A DNA stretch of 64,000 nucleotides from Flaccisagitta enflata (Eukaryota). The stretch covers positions 45,942,001 through 46,006,000 of the forward strand of contig OZ231126.1 of assembly GCA_965153355.1 (NCBI GenBank), in the 5' to 3' direction. Shown piece by piece: positions 14,321 to 33,562 of the stretch (its first letter is position 1; each line of letters opens with the position of its first letter). Below the pieces are notes generated by a model. It worked only from the letters and a program-made list of their open reading frames with translations, made no database searches and was not told where the DNA came from. A program made the translations under genes and the position numbers.

Positions 14321-15250
14321 CAGGGTGTTTCACGCGTTTTGAGGTTTAAAGAATCAACATAACTTTTCTCCTAGAAAAGCTATTCCAAGTCTGAAAAAAG
14401 GTCTGAATAGATCTTGAAGTGCAGTTTTTTTATGTCACCAATTTTTTGTATTGCTTCAGGCTGCACTAGAGCATGGGAGTTAAAGTAAAAACAACATTAT
14501 CCTCTAAAGCATCCTAAGATGAAAGAAAAAATGACAACTTCTTTTGCTGTTTCTGGTCAATCTGTCATTAACTACAGAAAATCTGATGACTGTTTAAAAA
14601 CTTGCAAAAATCTTAAACTGGCATCATGATACGTAGCTTTAATTATTTAGAAACAAATAAGATTATAAAACCCATGGAAAATGCTCATTTAATTTCATCG
14701 AGAGCTTTTTGCTTTTACAATTAACTCCAGATTGTCTAGCTACCTGATATCCATATGAACAAATTAAAGAGCTATGAATTTTCTATAAAATGATATTAAG
14801 AAGAACCAATTTCTAACTCAATTCGTTTAATTCTGCCATAATAAATATAGCCTGGGACAGGAATCAGTGGTGCTGACTTCTGACTCTTGACTACCTGTCT
14901 TCATTCTTCTGCCATTTCTAAACGATAGAGTATAGAAAACTAAATAAAGGTCTCATCAGAAAGATCTTTCAGAGCTCAAAATGGTCATGATTTACTATGT
15001 TTTCTTATTGTTAGATGTGAACACTAACAAAATGTATAGTTACTTATTTTTTTTGCCATAGTTATCCAGATTAAAGATGAATATTGATATTGTTTTCAAA
15101 CTTACAGTGGGCATATTTAATGCTTAGTATAAAAAACTAAGATATAAAAACTGCAATATCAAGATCTACCTGTGACTTTTTCAGAATTGAATAGTTTTTT
15201 AGGAAAGAGTAAATTTGTTGATTCTTAAACCCCAAACGCTTGAAACACCT
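14321..15250. mobile_element. mariner-like MITE with long degenerate TIRs
   Basis: TA|CAGGGTGTTTCACGCGTTTTGAGGTTTAAAGAATCAAC at left; inverse GTTGATTCTTAAACCCCAAACGCTTGAAACACCT at right. Confidence 0.75.
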
Positions 15251-15759
15251 CAATGTCCCTGATCGCAAAATGCTGCTGCATCCACACTCATGCACGCTTT
15301 TGCAGGTTAGATCCGATTATGGATTTGAACTTAATAAATCATCTAGAGATAGTTTATCCAGGTGGCAAACGTCATATTCTTGAGCTTCAGTTGAGTACTG
15401 ACTAACCTGGAATGATCACTCATAAGGCTTAACTCTGAACTCTGACAAATGATAATTTATATTCCTCGAAACGAAAACTCTTTGAATGAAATAAAGGATT
15501 TGCAACAGGAAGCATTAGGTTGAATGGCAAAATTTTCAACAGAAATTTGAATTTACTATATAAAATCATAATTGTGATATATAGCACTTATGGGAAGAGA
15601 GAGAGAGAGAGAGAAAGAGTATATATATATAAAATATATATATATATATATTAACGCACCAACACAACACACACACACACACACACACACATTGTTATTA
15701 CTAATGACACACACACACACACACACACGCACAGCACACACACACACACACACACACAC

Positions 15760-15802
<43 letters not shown>

Positions 15803-15861
15803 TGTCGTACGGCTGTCACACACACACAATGTACAACACACACACACACAAACTGAACACA

Positions 15862-15978
<117 letters not shown>

Positions 15979-17362
15979 CAGAAATCAAAGTAGATAAAAG
16001 TATTTCAAGAAACAGACATGATCATAATAATATATGTGCTATATAATATATTATACATTAGACAAAAGATTTTCTTAGTGAGGGAATGATGTGAATTTGA
16101 AACAAGATATTAACCACTGAAAATATGTTTCACTCGCTATATTGATCCAAGATAGAAAAGAATCTATTTGTAAAAGAACAAAAAAAATCATGGCTCCTTT
16201 CACTGCCTTCTTCTGATTCTCATCCAACAAAATCAGAACCACTATAACAGTAATGTTTCTTAGTCTCTTGACATCTTTTACTGCGTGATTTGACTGTATT
16301 TCAATCTTTTTACGAATAAGTGATTGAATGAGTATGTTACTATATGCTACCTTTCAAGAATCATGCTGGCATTAAATCCACACAACTTTAGATTGAGACC
16401 ACCTTGCCATAGCATTATTTGCAGGAGACTGGTCTCAAACGAAAAAGTCATGTAAGTCTCAGATAAAGTGGTATCCACACTCCCTGAGCACATGAGATGA
16501 GGGTGAGAGGGAAGATACCATATGACATGACCTATGCTCATATTTATAGAGTTTTGGGGCTGAGATTGGGAGCCTTCACATAATAATATATTTTTATGAA
16601 TTGGCTTCTATTGAAATTAAAATAAAATTTAGGACGGATGCCAGAGATATAACACACACATGAGAGATGATAATGAGAAAGAGTAGAATAGATAAATTTA
16701 ATATGTGAGAGTATAGGTCATCGGCCCCTTTCCCGCCACCATTGTTAGCTGCGTCCATTATGATTGCGGTTTAGCTTGACGCTTCTCCAGACTGTCAGTT
16801 CCTGATTTGTTACAAACGAGGAATCTCTTTGACAAATGAAGAGATTGAATGGGCTGAAATGAACATAGTTCAATGGCTCTCTGTGTTAGCTTTGAATGGT
16901 CCTGAAATTTGGTTATTTCATCTTCGTTTCTGCTTTCCTAAATAACTCGGGAAGCTTTTCCACTAGCTTTATCAAGATTCCAGGCTCTGCTAACAGGTGC
17001 AGGTGATCATCCAAACATCTGCTGGAATATCTGGGCGAAAATGTACGGTATGGTTTCTTGCATGAAAATACAGCTCCAGTAACATGAAATTTATACCAGA
17101 AGATAGCTAGATATTCAGTATTGTAATAACATCTTAATTATGTTATGATCACTGATGCTGATTCAGCCTTCATGATATGCATAATTACTTTATACAAAAA
17201 ATGTTACTGATTCTGCCTACATTATGTACAAAAGCTGCTTTTCTGCTCTGTCTTATTCTTTCACTCATACTACTCATTTCTGCACACTTCTTCATCTTTG
17301 CCAATTTTTTAACAGGCAAGACCTTATCTCATCAAAGTATTAGGCAAATGACTTATATCAAT

Positions 17363-17450
<88 letters not shown>

Positions 17451-18814
17451 GTTATATATTGGACACCCAGTATAGCACGGGGCCTAGCCCTTTAGAATCA
17501 GATCGTGGATGATAACACGTGCAAGCACTCTCAACACATGTTGTCATACTAACATTTATCATTATGATGGTATTTAAAAGTATTCAAATAATTTGTAATT
17601 TAGAAAACTGAACTGAAGACTACACTGGAAGACTTTAAAGAAAAGAAAGGATTAAAAAGTTATGTTCATGCTAAATTTCTGATAGGTAAAAAGAATTACT
17701 TTTAAATAATGTAAAAATCATCTTTTTTTTCAAAGTTTAAATGTAATTGATTTATAATCAATAACTTAAATTAAAAAGAACCATCTAAAGAGTTAGTAAT
17801 AATTTAATTATAACTAAAATAAATATGATAAAAATAAACTAATTTATTATAAAAATTAATGTGAAAATCTCTATTGAGAAACACTGATCTTGCACAGAAT
17901 CACTTCTAAAACTAGAACATCTAACTAAATAATAATAAGAACTAGTAAGATATCTTGAGATGAGGATGCCACAAAGAGAAGAATGTTATGGAGAAATGAG
18001 AAAGGACGTATTTACAGTGAAAAAGAAACATGACAAGTAAATTAACATCAGGACAGGCAGGGCAGCTAACTCCCCAGCCCCTCACCTCAACCCTTCCCAC
18101 ACACTCAAAGATACGTCAATAATTAATATCTCAACGATAACTGCAGCATCGTAATGCGTTGCTTTTTGAGGTAAGCACTCAGAGCTGACGTGACCTCTGA
18201 CTGATCTGGACTGACGGATCGACTGACTGACGGACCGACTCACGGATGGACAAAGCTTATAGAGCTTAAAAACAAAACTGTAACTAAAAGAAGAAAGAGA
18301 TATATAAGAGCAAGAAAGAAAAATAGAAAGAGGTAATAAGAGAAATGTAAGTTAAAAGAAAGAAAGAAGAAAGAAAGAAAAAGAGAAGTTTAAGAAGAAT
18401 TGAATAAAGAAAATCACTAATGAATGATATAAATTGTAAGAATGAAAACATGACTGAGTTAAATAAGTTTTAAGTTAAGAGGTTAAAAAATAATTGAGAT
18501 GATGAACTGAAGATTATTGCGCGGTGAACGCGACTAAAAAGTAATGTTTACCTTGATATTGGCCTACAAGAGTCATTCTCGAAAAAAGGTTTAACTTGGC
18601 TTCAAAACATGTAATTTTGATAACCACACATCCAGGATGCCGCAACGCAATTGAAGACGTGGTGGTAATCACGAACAATAAAGAAAATGAAAACAATGAA
18701 GCGAGAAAAAGGTGTTTGATAACGATAATGTAAATGACATTCACGACAACGTTGACTACAAATACGATGACAATAGATTATTTCAGTTTTCCGTGATGAT
18801 TGCTATGATTATTG

Positions 18815-19583
18815 CAGGGGTGTATATTATTGAGTCGTTTTTTATTTCCCCCCCCCTGCCTTTGATTTTCTTTCCCGCGACGCGTCGCATAGCATTTTTA
18901 TTTCTATGATTTTCATCCCCATATAGCAATAAAACAATGTAGTTAAGGTTTAGATAATGTTAAATTGTGTTTTACTAATTGTATTTTACGATTAAGTACT
19001 GTCAATAGTTATATTTTCCCTAAATTTCCTTTTTGGGCAGCGGCCTCGAAGGGGACGAAGTCCTGTAGAACACAGGGGACTTTTGTTCGTTTATCCGTTC
19101 GTTCGTTCGTCCCCCCAGGCCCTCTCAGGCCTGAAATCTGCCCTCTCAGGCCTGAAATTCGCCCTTTCAGGCCTGAAACCTGCCTGTCATGCTTTAAATC
19201 TGCCCTGTCAGGCCTGAAATCTGCCTTCTCAGATTCAAGGCCTGAGAGGGCAGATTTCAGGCCTGAGAGGGCAGATTGTAGGCCTGAGAGGGCAAATTTC
19301 AGTCCTGAGAGGGCTTGGGGGGGCGGATGAATGGACGGACAAACAAACGAAAGTCCCCTGTGTTCTACAGGACTTTGTCTCCTTTGGGGCCGCTGCCCTG
19401 CCTATCATTCCGATTTACAACCATACAAAGCAGGGCAACGGGTATCGCTGACCACATATTGCCCTTGGGCGACCTGTTTTGTCTTTTTTCCCCCATTAAT
19501 TTCCTTCCCCATCTCCAGACCCTTTGATTTTCCCCCCCCCCTCCACCGGGGGGGGGGAGAAAACTCAATAATATACAGGCCTG
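18815..19583. mobile_element. hAT-type MITE
   Basis: TIRs CAGG(GG/CC)TGTATATTATTGAGT and exact 8-bp TSD GATTATTG. Confidence 0.9.
19030..19478 (+). mobile_element. Second interspersed family with ~50-bp asymmetric inverted repeats and an internal 20-21-bp tandem array (HINE-like). Relatives at about 2277-2728, 24260-24606, 37150-37680, 43150-43670
   Basis: GGGCAGCGGCC...GTCCTGTAGAACACAGGGGAC (19035-19083) is inverted at 19350-19398, followed by a conserved tail GGGCAACGGGTA(T/C)CGCTGACCA. Confidence 0.7.
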
Positions 19584-19703
19584 GATTATTGTTAGAATTA
19601 GTCTTGTGCAAACATCAATGTGGAAATAAAGCAATTAATCAATACAAATAGTGTATAAGATCCTGATTAAGATATACCAGAAGCCATTAGCCATCAAAGT
19701 CAT

Positions 19704-20073
19704 GATTAGGCCTGTATTAGGTGGTTGAGGCCTGGATTAGGTGGCTGAGGCCAAGATTAGGTAGCAAATGCCTGGAGTAGGTCGCTGAGGCCTTGATTAG
19801 GTTGCTGAGGCCAGGATTAGGTTGCTGAGGCCAGGATTAGGTTGCTGAGGCCTTGATTAGGTTGCTGAGGCCAGAATTAGGTTGCTGAGGCCAGGTTTAG
19901 GTCGCTGAGGCCAGGATTAGGTCGCTGTTGGCTGGACTAGGTTGTTGAGGCTTGGATTTAATCGTTGAGGCTTGAATAAGGTTGTTGAGGGTTGAATTAG
20001 GTCGATGATATCCTAGTATAGATCGCTAAGGCCTGGATAAGTTCGCTGAGGCCTGGATTAGTTCGCGCTGAGG
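19704..20073 (+). repeat. 20-bp minisatellite (GCTGAGGCCAGGATTAGGTT)n
   Basis: Head-to-tail units with no unique spacers. Confidence 0.9.
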
Positions 20074-20208
20074 CCCGTCGTTTTTTGCGTCTCTCTATTC
20101 AAATTTGCTTGTCTCTCTGTCAGTCTCTATCTTTTCTCTCTGTCTCATCTCTCTGTCTCGTCTCTTCGTCTCTGTGTGTGTGTGTGTCTGTCTGTCTCTG
20201 TCTCTCTG

Positions 20209-20304
<96 letters not shown>

Positions 20305-20655
20305 ACTTTTGGTGGGATTCCACAAATAAAGCACCATCGCATTACATTTACCAGCAAACAAGTGACGCGGGGTCACAATATCGTTTCGGATTGGTGGGCA
20401 GGGGCATCCAAGCCCCATCCACACCCCAACCCACCTCCAACACTCAAACATACACAAAAAGTATCGAAAATGCTTGTTTTCAACTCGATCACCATGACGG
20501 ACCGACCGACGGACCGACGGACTGACGGACAGACAAAGCCTCTTATAGAGTTGCGTGTCCGCAACTAAAAACGAGAAAGTATGAAGTCACATTCACCACT
20601 AATCCTGCCAATGATAGACAATTACAACAGGGTTGCGAGAATGCTACAATACTTG

Positions 20656-20708
<53 letters not shown>

Positions 20709-20729
20709 CCTCAACAACAACATCAACAT

Positions 20730-20769
<40 letters not shown>

Positions 20770-22513
20770 AACAAATCGAATCTCAACTGGAAGGTCTCAA
20801 ACCTTGGTGCTTGGTATGTGTTGGCCGAGTCAACGCGCAGGTCGACTGCACCTTATTTGAAGCCTTTCACACATCTTTTCATCGTTCGGTTACGACGCGA
20901 TGGTGGTGCGCTTCATGAGCTGACAGAACTGTCACGGCGGTGACAAGGATACGATGACTGATAGATATAACTGTGTCTGCATGTCTGTCGTTTTGTCTTT
21001 CTGTCTGTCTTTCTGCATGTCTGTCTGTATGTCTGTCTGTCGGTATGTCTGGTTACCAAGAACCAAAAAAGACAAAGCAAAGAAGAAGTCAATTCGAATT
21101 TTTCTCCTCTAAATGATATCAAATGAAAGAAGGCTTGCCCCTGCCCAATCGTTCGCGACTAGATATATGTACAAACCTATTTTGCTTGTCTTTTTCTGGA
21201 TCAATTATTATTTTACTCAATACTACTGCTAAACATGTGCAGCGGTCAGTGGTAGACTTCTGGCATGTTACGCAGCAGGTCACAATATCGGATGATTTTT
21301 TAAGGGGACCTGATGAAAAAAATTTTTAAGGGGACCTGATGAAAATTTTTTAAGGGGACTTGATGAAAATTTTTTAAGGGGACCTCTTTTTAAGAGGATT
21401 CAATAAAAAAACCTTATTTTTAGCCTGCCACATGACTCAACACCCCACGTTGTTAGTCTATCAGTCTGTTCATTGATTTGATCATTGTATTTTACTTTTT
21501 TTTTTGCTCCTTCATCTAACGACTTTTGCCTAAAAGATAAAGTGAACTCAAATATGGCCAATTTGCACATGACTGGAGCAGCTATGCATCTGCCCTTTTA
21601 TCTTTAGAGCAAAAAAAAAATGTTATGTTAGTTTTTTTACTAAAATCTTATTTTCGTTTAATCTTTTTTTTTTCTGAAATTTTTTTGTCAAAATTTTTCG
21701 CTATAATTTTTAGCTAATTTCTTTTTGCTAAATTTTTTTTGCTAAAAGTTTTTTTTCTTCAAATTTTTTTTTTTGCTAAATTTTGAAATCTGAAATTTTT
21801 TTTCTTGCTTATCTTTACAAAAAAATTTTTTTTTTTTGCGAAAATTTTTTTTTTTGCTTAAAAAAATTTTTAAGCAAAAAAAAAATTTTGCAAAAAAAAA
21901 TTGTTTTTTGACAAATTTATTGAATTTTTTTTGCGACTTCCCATCGGGTTTGAGTAAAAAAAAATATATATTTGGATTCAGCATAGAGAATACTACAAAA
22001 CGTTATGGTTTCATAATTTTTCATAACTCATCACTATGTCCCCTTAATACATTAATTTCTTTCATAGGGGCACCAGAATTTTTACTGCAATCACTATTTG
22101 TTATCAGATGAAAGAAGAAAAAATATGACTACAATATGCATATTACTATTTTGTCACAAACTAACGACTGACGACTGATGTAAATCTGTTTGTGTATTCT
22201 TCTTTATCTCCTTTTTCTTCCTCCTGCTTTAAAAACTGCCGAGACTCCCCTAATCTGCCAAGTAGCGGCGCTACTAGCTACTCCAAAATCTGCACGACTG
22301 GTCCTATGTCCATGGGCGTAGAAGGTGCCACGTCAGCCACTTGACATAAATGTCGAACATGATTTTCACTGAAAACTGAAATGGCTGAAGTGAAACACAA
22401 AATCAATGCTTCCTTGCAGTAAAAGAGTCAATACCAAAAAGATAGTTTAGACAGAATCAAAAAGTCGGTCAAAACTTGATGGGTCTCAGTTTAACTGCAT
22501 GTCTGTCTGTCTG

Positions 22514-22610
<97 letters not shown>

Positions 22611-23065
22611 GTCTCATTTGAAGACGTTCTCCGAATAAAAATTGGGCGAATATTTTTTTTTTTTCATAAATGAAAAAGTGAAAGTTTCTTGCGTATATCA
22701 TTGAGCTTGGCCGTCTTGAGGAAGAAACGAAAATGATTTAGAAATTTGAATAAAGAAAACACGATATGATCACTGACGAGTAACATAAGTCGGACCGCGT
22801 AAAGAGGCAAAGAAAAATCATGGATACAGTCGGAAAAGTGTTGTTTTCACGGCCTATGATTGAAAGATAAGAAATGAGTACATTGCAGCAGTTAATCTTA
22901 AACACCAAGAGGTACCCTCTAAACTATAAAGCCCTACTCGTATTTCAACATGATTACGTAAGGACTCGAGAGAAAAATAGTGAAATATGGGTGTATGTTG
23001 AACTGTTGATGAAATATGATTTCAGACGCATAACATAGTCAATTCAGTTCATAGCAAGTCCATTT

Positions 23066-23455
23066 GTCGCGGTGCACACGAGCAGCAAATTGGAGACGTC
23101 ACTATCGCGTGAAATTCTTAATCTGTCTCTGAATGCAAACTTTTGCATTTTTAAGAACATGGCTCTTTTCTTATAGGTGTTTAGAATAGGGCCATGATTA
23201 AGAAATGCAAATTTTTGCATTCAGAGACAGATAAAAAAATTCACCTGAGACAAGTCAAGGAATAATGTTTTTTCCTTTTATTTTTCTCAATTTTTTTTAC
23301 TGATTTTGTACATACAAATGATATTCAATGCAACTAAATCAACATTATATACTGAGATACAATATTCTTTATAGAAAATTGTGATTCAATCACTTAATTT
23401 TTTTTACTTGAGTGTGATTTGACCACGAAAATTGCCCCTTCGTGTGCACCGTGAC
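23066..23455. mobile_element. Foldback MITE-like element
   Basis: Terminal IR GTC(G/A)CGGTGCACACGA plus an internal IR ATCTGTCTCTGAATGCAAA / TTTGCATTCAGAGACAGAT. Confidence 0.6.
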
Positions 23456-25161
23456 TAACTTTATTTCCTCACACTGAAACTTGTCAACCCCTTCCATGAC
23501 TAAAATCCACAACTACCAGAATCTCTGCACATCTAGAAGAACAATTTTCACCAGCTCGTTAAGCAAACCTTAAATCTTTTACTTTTTACAAGCGTCCGTC
23601 AGGAACGCTACCTATAAGAGGGTCTGTCCGTCGGTCCGTCCGTCCGTCAGTAGGTCCGTCTGTGCAAAAACCGCGTTTCTCGGCTGGTTTTGGCCACGGT
23701 GAGATCCTATACTGAATTTGAATATTCGACTAACATGTTTTTAGTGCCTCCTTCACTACTCTTTCGTTTCATCTGTCAGTTCGTCCACCTGTCTCTCTAC
23801 ATATGTGACATTTCCAATACACGCAGAGACACAGGCCGGACGCATCGTTGCCTGGTCGGGCTTGTTTCTCTCGGACAGCCTAAAAACTTAAACCTCGATG
23901 ATTACATCTGTTTGATATATAATGTACTGATTTCTAGATGACATTCAGACTCCCTCTTTACATAAATATCATTTGAATAGACATCGATTTTGTTTTCGCG
24001 GTAACGCGTCGGCGATTGTCAAGGGTTGAGCAGTTACGAACGCCGTTTTCTAGTTTATGGCCCATCGATCAACACGTTGTGTAGATATGGGTCACCCGCG
24101 TCAAGAAGCCAAAAGCGCGGTTTCAAAAAGTAAAAGTAATCGACTCATCTTCATCATTTGTTTTCTTTTTAACTTTGTTTATAGCAAAGCTTCTTTTGAT
24201 GTAAGATGGTTAAAGGAAAGTCGGACTGGTGAAGATTGTTGATGCTCAATTGCTCCTTGTTGGCCAGCGGCCCCAAAGGGCCCGATGTCCTGTAGAACAC
24301 TTGGGATGAATCAAATGTCCAATCGCCCCCCCCCCCCTCCCGGGGCCTGAAGCCTAAATCCAACCTATTGGAGTTTAAAATCAGACCTCTTTGGCCTCAA
24401 GTCACCTCTCTGGCCATTAATCAGCCCTCTCAGACATGCAATTGACCCCCCCCCCCACGAGAAATAAGCTCTCTAAGGCCTGAAATCATGAAACGGTTCA
24501 CCCCTGTGTTCAACGGGACATTGGCCTTTTGGGAGAGTTTCACTCACCTCACCACCTCAACGCTCCAAGCAGGGCAACGGGTACCGCTTACCATGAGCGA
24601 TCCTTGTACATAAATAATCCAGTCCGGTACGTAATACTTTATTGGATGCAAATTGGTCGGATTGGCACAGATGGTTGACATAAAACTATTTTTTAGCTTT
24701 CTTTACTGTCTAATACCCACAGCCTACGATCCAGTCCAGTAACACCTTTTTCCTATTTTGTCCATTTTTCCCATTATGTGTTTAGCTAATCAATAAATGA
24801 CAGATAGAGGGAGAATAATTTTTGCCTGACCTTGCTTCTATTCATGTATGCAGATCCAACTTCTTTTTTTGTATGAAGAATGATCAGGAACGTAGCTAGA
24901 GTCATAGATTCTGTTGTGAGGCTTTATTAGACAGAACTAAAGCTGATCGAGAAACCATCGAAGGTAACCATGGGCATGGATGATGAAAAGGCAAATGAGA
25001 GGGGCCATGAGTGACCTATGACGACAGCATGATTAGTTTTCATGCCAAGTTCTTACTAGGCAAAATGTATCATTTGCACAACGGTCTATCATCTTTAACT
25101 ATCTCTTTCCACATTATAACTTTTTTTCCAAAAACCCTGCCTGCAAGGTAATTCCTCCGAC

Positions 25162-26078
<917 letters not shown>

Positions 26079-26652
26079 CCTCCGACTCGAGTGTTGTTCG
26101 AGGTTTGGCGATCCTAAAGAGCATTTTGACGCGTTTTGATTTAATGGCCGAGAAATTAATGTTCATCGCCTAAAAGTCGGGCAATGAATCTCCATGGGAA
26201 AACGCGAATGTTTTAATCGTAAAATTTCCATTATGGCCCTATCAGTCGTAAGACTGATACTTGAGCAGAGAAACGAATGCCTTTGGTTTGGGTGAGTTAG
26301 CGCATCATTCAAAATTGACTTATCATCCAAATTGTCCTATAATGCAATTAGGATTATACTCAGTCTAGCCCCGAACCATTCGCCTTGAACTTCGACAAAT
26401 TCCAGATGCATTAATTTTTAGGACGTATACCAAAACTTTGAATCATGAATATGTCCTACGTGACTCAAACTGTGATTGTTGATTGATAACCTTAACTGCG
26501 CCCGACTCCGAGCACATTCATATTCATCCATCCATCCACCAGTCCGTCCGTCTGTTACCCTTAACTTCCGCGTATTGGCCTACTTGGCCTTGTTATTAGA
26601 TAAACCATTGCATTGGCGTTAAGACTTAAGTAAGCACGACTGGTTTTCCCCT

Positions 26653-26866
26653 AACAAGGCCGGATACACGGCTACCCAAGTCGCGTGCGGGTGGGCAGGG
26701 ACAGTGATGAAATAGACCAACCAAGCTTTTGGGCAGGAGCAGTAACCCCAAAACCGCCCGTAAACGCCGAAAAAGCAAAGTGTGACGGATCGACAGACTG
26801 ACGGACCAACCGACCGACCGAACGACGGACAGAGCGGGTTGTAGAGTCGCGTGCACGCGACTAAAA
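26653..26866 (-). mobile_element. Representative DINE-1/HINE-like (Helentron-associated) non-autonomous element. Other copies at about 206-418, 1715-1876, 2947-3162, 4641-4907, 11555-11766, 20357-20570, 23584-23868, 30097-30289, 30538-30680, 31727-31911, 32746-32893, 35003-35168, 36418-36530, 38037-38858, 39990-40145, 44040-44195, 47805-47952, 52345-52607, 58496-59851
   Basis: In element orientation: T-run, 5' palindrome AGTCGCGTGCACGCGACT, (GTCC/GTCG)n microsatellite, 3' subterminal inverted copy GCACGCGACT, short 3' stem-loop GCCG-TGTATC-CGGC and CTTGTT end. No TSD or poly-A. Confidence 0.8.
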
Positions 26867-27488
26867 AGCCTCCCTTTGAGGGTATGAAATGTGATTGGTG
26901 CTGACCTTGAATTTGGCATTAACCAACGACAGCGTATCGAGATTTCAAATTTGTTCCATGATACAAACCTACACAGAATAATGGTCTCGTGACTTTTTTT
27001 GTTGGTTGAATATAGAAATGTTGTGGACATTTTTGGCAGCATTTTGAAGAGCGCAAAGTTGGGGGGGGGGAATTGTTGATACATCCACCCGTCTGTTCAG
27101 AGTGTTCATTCGTCCCCTCCCCTAGACCCAGGTTCATGGGCCAAATCCTAGCCTTTAGGACCCCGATTTTGGCATTCCGGATCAGGAATCTGACCTTTCA
27201 AAGTTCAAACCTAGATTCTAGCAATCCTTAGCCTTGAATAGCCACAGTACATCCGTAATGTCTCTTGTTGAATGGAAATCATTTTTCTATCCCAGATAGT
27301 GGCCGATATCGCAAGTTCGGCGAAACCACCTTCCACCAAAACGCACTTAGTCAACCTCGACATTAGACTTTTTTTACCCTGAGAAAATGTCGACATTCCG
27401 CGTGAGATTTCGGCAGCTGACTTTTTTTATTTAACGATAATCACCTTTAATCGATTTCCATCCATAATTCATGTCAATTTCAACCTAA

Positions 27489-27540
27489 CCAATCGCTTCC
27501 CTCAAACTATAAAACCCCGGGAACTCCGATTGATCAGTAT
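27489..27540 (+). promoter_or_regulatory. Core promoter of the group 7 allergen-like gene (CCAAT, TATA box, Inr)
   Basis: CCAAT at 27489, TATAAAA at 27508 and arthropod-type initiator TCAGT at 27534 (A+1 at 27536, 28 nt after the TATA start). ATG at 27609. Confidence 0.75.
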
Positions 27541-27608
27541 TCAGAAGTTGTCGAAGATCTTTTATTTTTTTCTTGGTAGTTGCTAAAATTCACCGCTTGG
27601 AACTGAAA

Positions 27609-31590
<3,982 letters not shown>

Positions 31591-32898
31591 AACCATTTTG
31601 TTATTTAATTTGCATACATGTATTCGATGTATTTAATAGTAGAATGGAATAAAAAATGGTGTTATTTCCGATAATTGATGTCATAATTCCGGTTCGAAAG
31701 AACCATTACGCAGCTAGAAAAAGTTAATTTTAAGTCGCGGACTATCTGCCCGTCAGCCCCTCCGTCGGTCCCTCCGTAATGTTTGAGTAAAAACTGCGAT
31801 AAAGCACATTCAAGATGCTGCGGTTGCAATTGCAAAAATTGCAATTGTGTGTAGGGTGTGTGTAGAGAGGGGGTTGGGCGCCGCTGCCCACCCGTCTCCG
31901 GGTTACTTGTTTCGTTACTACTTTAACTCCAATTACTTGGCGCCTCATTTGACTTAACTTGCCCTGTTTTGTTCTTACATATTGCTCATCAAACCCTCAT
32001 TGAATAGTATCAGGGCCAAAAAGATATTATTAAGTTTAACACCAACACACATTTAGGAAGGAAAAGATTACAAATATGTACTGCATTGACAACATGCTGC
32101 AGCAGCGCTAGTCTGTCAAGCTCAATGCGAAGTTGTTCTTCTTTTCATCCTCCCGTTCCGTGTTCATTCGTCAGATGGAAACGAGACCGAGACTTGGTTC
32201 TTGTTCATGTGTTTTTGCTCACGCAAGTTCCCACCAAACAACCATTCACGTTTACTTCATTCTTGTGTACTATATACAAGAGACTAGTTTATAAGAGACA
32301 TGAGCCTGAGATTTGCTAAAATTTAAAGAACAAAATAAGAGAATGCCCAGGATGAGATTTTCAAAGAAACCTTTTTTTAGTTTTTCATTCAAAAAATGAA
32401 TTGTACTTAAATTTTTCAGAAATATAGGTTTTTATCTTTAAAAATAACTTCTTTTTTAGTTCGCCTATGAAATCAGACATTATATAAAAAACCTATGATA
32501 AATATAAATTTCAAGATGCAATCATTAGAAATAAGGTATTTTTATATGATTTATATATTTGCAAACATTGAAGAAATTAAGAACACTTTAAGAGAATTTC
32601 AAGCTGAAAACGGCCAAAAATTAAAGAACACCCAGGGTGATTCAAAAAAAGTTGTCTCTTATAAGTTATATGAAAAAAAAAGTGTAAGCCCTTTGTATTA
32701 TTTGATATTCTCTAGTTAAAACAAAGCCTTCATAACTGTAAAAATTAACAAGGCCAAGTAGGCCAATAAGGTGCGACGTGTGGATGGTCGAACGAATGCG
32801 TTACCGACCAACCAACCAACCGACCGACCGACCGACCGACCGACCAACCGACGAACACAACCAGTTATAGAGGTGCATTGTCGCACCTAAAAATACTA

Positions 32899-33562
32899 CA
32901 CTTTTTTTTTATAAAGCAACTCGTTTATAAGCACGCCCAGCCTCAGATATTTGGAAAATTTAAGCACATTACTAAGCAAGCTGAGATTACCAATTCGAAA
33001 AAAAATTTTTGATGAAATTTCCAAAATATGCTAATTTTTAAACATTTATGGTTGGAATTTCACAAAAAACAACGGAAAGTTTGATAGAAATTGAAATTAT
33101 CTATAATATCAATACATTAAGGATTTGATACTAATAGAAATAATATTTAAGAATATTATTGCTTAGATACTATTGTTGATCTATTGCTGTAACAAAAAAA
33201 CAATATACATCATGAGTCTAAATAGCACTAAAAATCTAAAAAGAAATATATTTTATGAAGATACTAATCTCATCCCATGGTTTGTATAAAAGAAGAACCA
33301 CGTCAGCAAAAGATGCTGTATATTTTTTCATGCAAAATACATTCATTATTGTATTTTATACTATACTTCATTCTATAATATACAATACTCATGCTACACT
33401 ATTTTCCATACCCTACTGTGTACTTTGTTCTTCACTGAATATGATAGTTACTTACCGATAAATGATAAGCACGCTTTTAAGCACATTTCAGCCTCAAAAA
33501 TGAGATTTTGCTAAACACGCTCAGTCTCGGCCAAAAAAAGTGCGTGCTTATAAAAAAAAGTG
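32899..33562. mobile_element. TA-flanked MITE, same family type
   Basis: TA|CACTTTTTTTTTATAAAGCA ... GTGCTTATAAAAAAAAGTG|TA. Confidence 0.8.

Noticed and set aside
19704-20073. CRISPR-like periodic repeat
   Set aside because: Units are head-to-tail with no unique spacers, there are no cas genes, and the context is eukaryotic.
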